Below, one piece after another: positions 62,222 to 64,000 of a DNA stretch of 64,000 bases. The first letter of the stretch is position 1, and each line of letters begins with the position of its first letter. Where the stretch lies: positions 10,478,001-10,542,000 of the forward strand of contig NC_134028.1 in NCBI RefSeq assembly GCF_964204645.1, in the 5' to 3' direction. This stretch comes from Tubulanus polymorphus (taxonomy: Eukaryota; Animalia; Nemertea). Below the pieces are notes generated by a model, which was not told the DNA's origin, ran no database searches, and saw nothing but the letters and a program-made list of their open reading frames with translations. Made by a program: the position numbers and the translations under genes.

Positions 62222-62698
62222 TTCATCCAAGTTATAACAGTAAGGCCTATTTAATTCTTGCTTTCAGGGTAAATTGAATTGATCGATTGAGGGTGAAACG
62301 GTCAATATAAATTTATTTTCATTTATTTCCGGGTTGGACTAAGGGAGCATCTAAAAATTTTGTTTTTGTTTTTGTTAATCGGTTTTTTAAGCCAAAGTTG
62401 GAACCATTGATTTTCTAATGAGAGACTATAGACAAAGATAAGACACCTCACGAGTGTGTATTTCGATCACAACTTTTCATTGAAAAATGAAATATCAAAA
62501 TTACAAGTGGAAAACCTATTAAAATTAAACAAAATCAATCTAAAATACCAACGGCATCTAAAAGAAAGACAGTTAATACTAATGCTTGTAATACATTTGA
62601 AACTGCAATTCAATTCAATGTTCTTGCACCACAATAAGTCGATAGTTCGGCAGTCTTGAATCAGGCCGCGGGATGCCTTTACCCCCCTTCCGCGAGTT

Positions 62699-62985
62699 CA
62701 TCTTCACCCGTCAAGGGATTCGAACCCACTACGCTAAAGCTGTTCCCCGAACCCCTTGACCTCACGAGTCGTTGGAGTCGTTACTACTAGCCGAACAGAA
62801 TCCGGTCGTACCAATCACAGCGCTTGTAACAAACCGACAGTAGACTTCTGTTGGTTTTCCCGTTAAATGGACCAATCAGCGAAGGTTTTACCGAATATAA
62901 TAATAATGAAATCGCGCTTCGTGAGGCCAGGGGGCTGGTGGAAGCGAGTCCGGGAGTAATACTGGACCCCTGGCAAGCGAGGATG
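62699..62985. mobile_element. MITE with 9-bp TSD, copy 2 (partial third copy at ~37578-37790)
   Basis: CCGCGAGTT|CATCTTCACCCGTCAAGGG...CCCTGGCAAGCGAGGATG|CCGCGAGTT; reverse-complement homolog of 35267-35599. Confidence 0.8.
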
Positions 62986-64000
62986 CCGCGAGTTATATTC
63001 AATTCAATTCAATTTCAATTCAATTCAATATATCTTTATTGTCCTTTGAGTAATATAAAATACAAGTCAGGTTTTTTTTTTACAATAAAGATGAGAAAAG
63101 GGTAAAATACAAAATTTATAGGAAATCGTACTAAAAACGCAGTTGAAAAATATGAATAAACATTTTTTTTTTAAATAACAATAACAGTGATCGATTATTT
63201 ACATACGTTATATGATATGCTCCCTAACGGACCAGACTAGACTGGTTGCCGGTCTCATACTCCATTTTACATTTTCGCCGCATGTCAAACATGTCACGCA
63301 GGCTTAACATGATATTGTAGGCCTACTAGTAGAAACGTAAACATCTACGTATCGTGTAGTCTGAATACCAGTCGTTGTTACGGTTCCCTACTACAAAGTT
63401 GTTTGAGGAACAACGGCTACTACTAGTAGCCCTAGTAGTAGTAGGTATAGTATAGTGTACCGGTACCCTTTTTTTATTCTCGAATGTTGCTTAAAAAAGA
63501 TAATCTTTCAACTGCCCACATTTAATTTTACTATTCTTACGATACGCTTCATTTTTCAGTCAGGAACACTTTCCAAAAACGGCTTATTCTGCCAATTTCG
63601 GCGTTTTCCGCCAATTACGGCAGAATCAGCCGTTTATGGATCACTCAGTTTTGAAACTTTCACAGTCGTTTATGGCTTAATCAGCCAGTTTCAGCTCACT
63701 AATTTTCGAGTTTTGCTTTAAAGTTTTTTGCGCACTTCCGGTTCAATTAGCGCATGTTGCCGATGACGTCATAATCGCGAGCAGACGAGTACGATAAGCT
63801 TTCATATGACGCTAGGATGGAAATTTTTGAGCTAGGTAAAGTGGTCAAATTTACGTTTTTCTAAATGATTACGTCATATGAAGCCCAAAAACTCCGGGAA
63901 AACTCTCAAAACTACTACAGCATGAAACAAGTTTATTAATCATCTAGTTCTAAAAACTATTATAAAGTTTTCAAGTAAACGTTGCCATGGGTACACATAA

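Overview
AT-rich, intron-containing animal genomic DNA, probably an invertebrate; the taxon cannot be fixed from the sequence. It holds two convergent multi-exon host genes that I assembled by hand from GT-AG splice sites with consistent phases. ZCCHC7/AIR1-2-like is on + (8 coding exons, 2366-21093, 521 aa, five CCHC knuckles and an IWRQY motif). CHMP6/VPS20 is on - (7 coding exons, 45113-62221, 201 aa). The ~24 kb between their 3' ends and the large introns are nested transposon debris. The most striking piece is a 6.0-kb Polinton/Maverick-type element (28290-34325) with intact 73-bp TIRs and a perfect 6-bp TSD. It keeps remnants of a packaging ATPase, the integrase C-terminus/chromodomain, the pPolB N-terminal region and several small ORFs, but no capsid, protease or catalytic core that I can recognise. 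Also present: a truncated DIRS retrotransposon; hAT, Penelope and L2/CR1 relics; three clear and one partial family of Helentron/DINE-1-like (HINE) elements, one carrying ~154-bp tandem arrays; and many MITEs with diagnostic TSDs, including a near-perfect 235-bp-arm palindrome in CHMP6 intron 1. No rRNA, tRNA or CRISPR is supported. All family assignments rest on motif recognition, not database searches.
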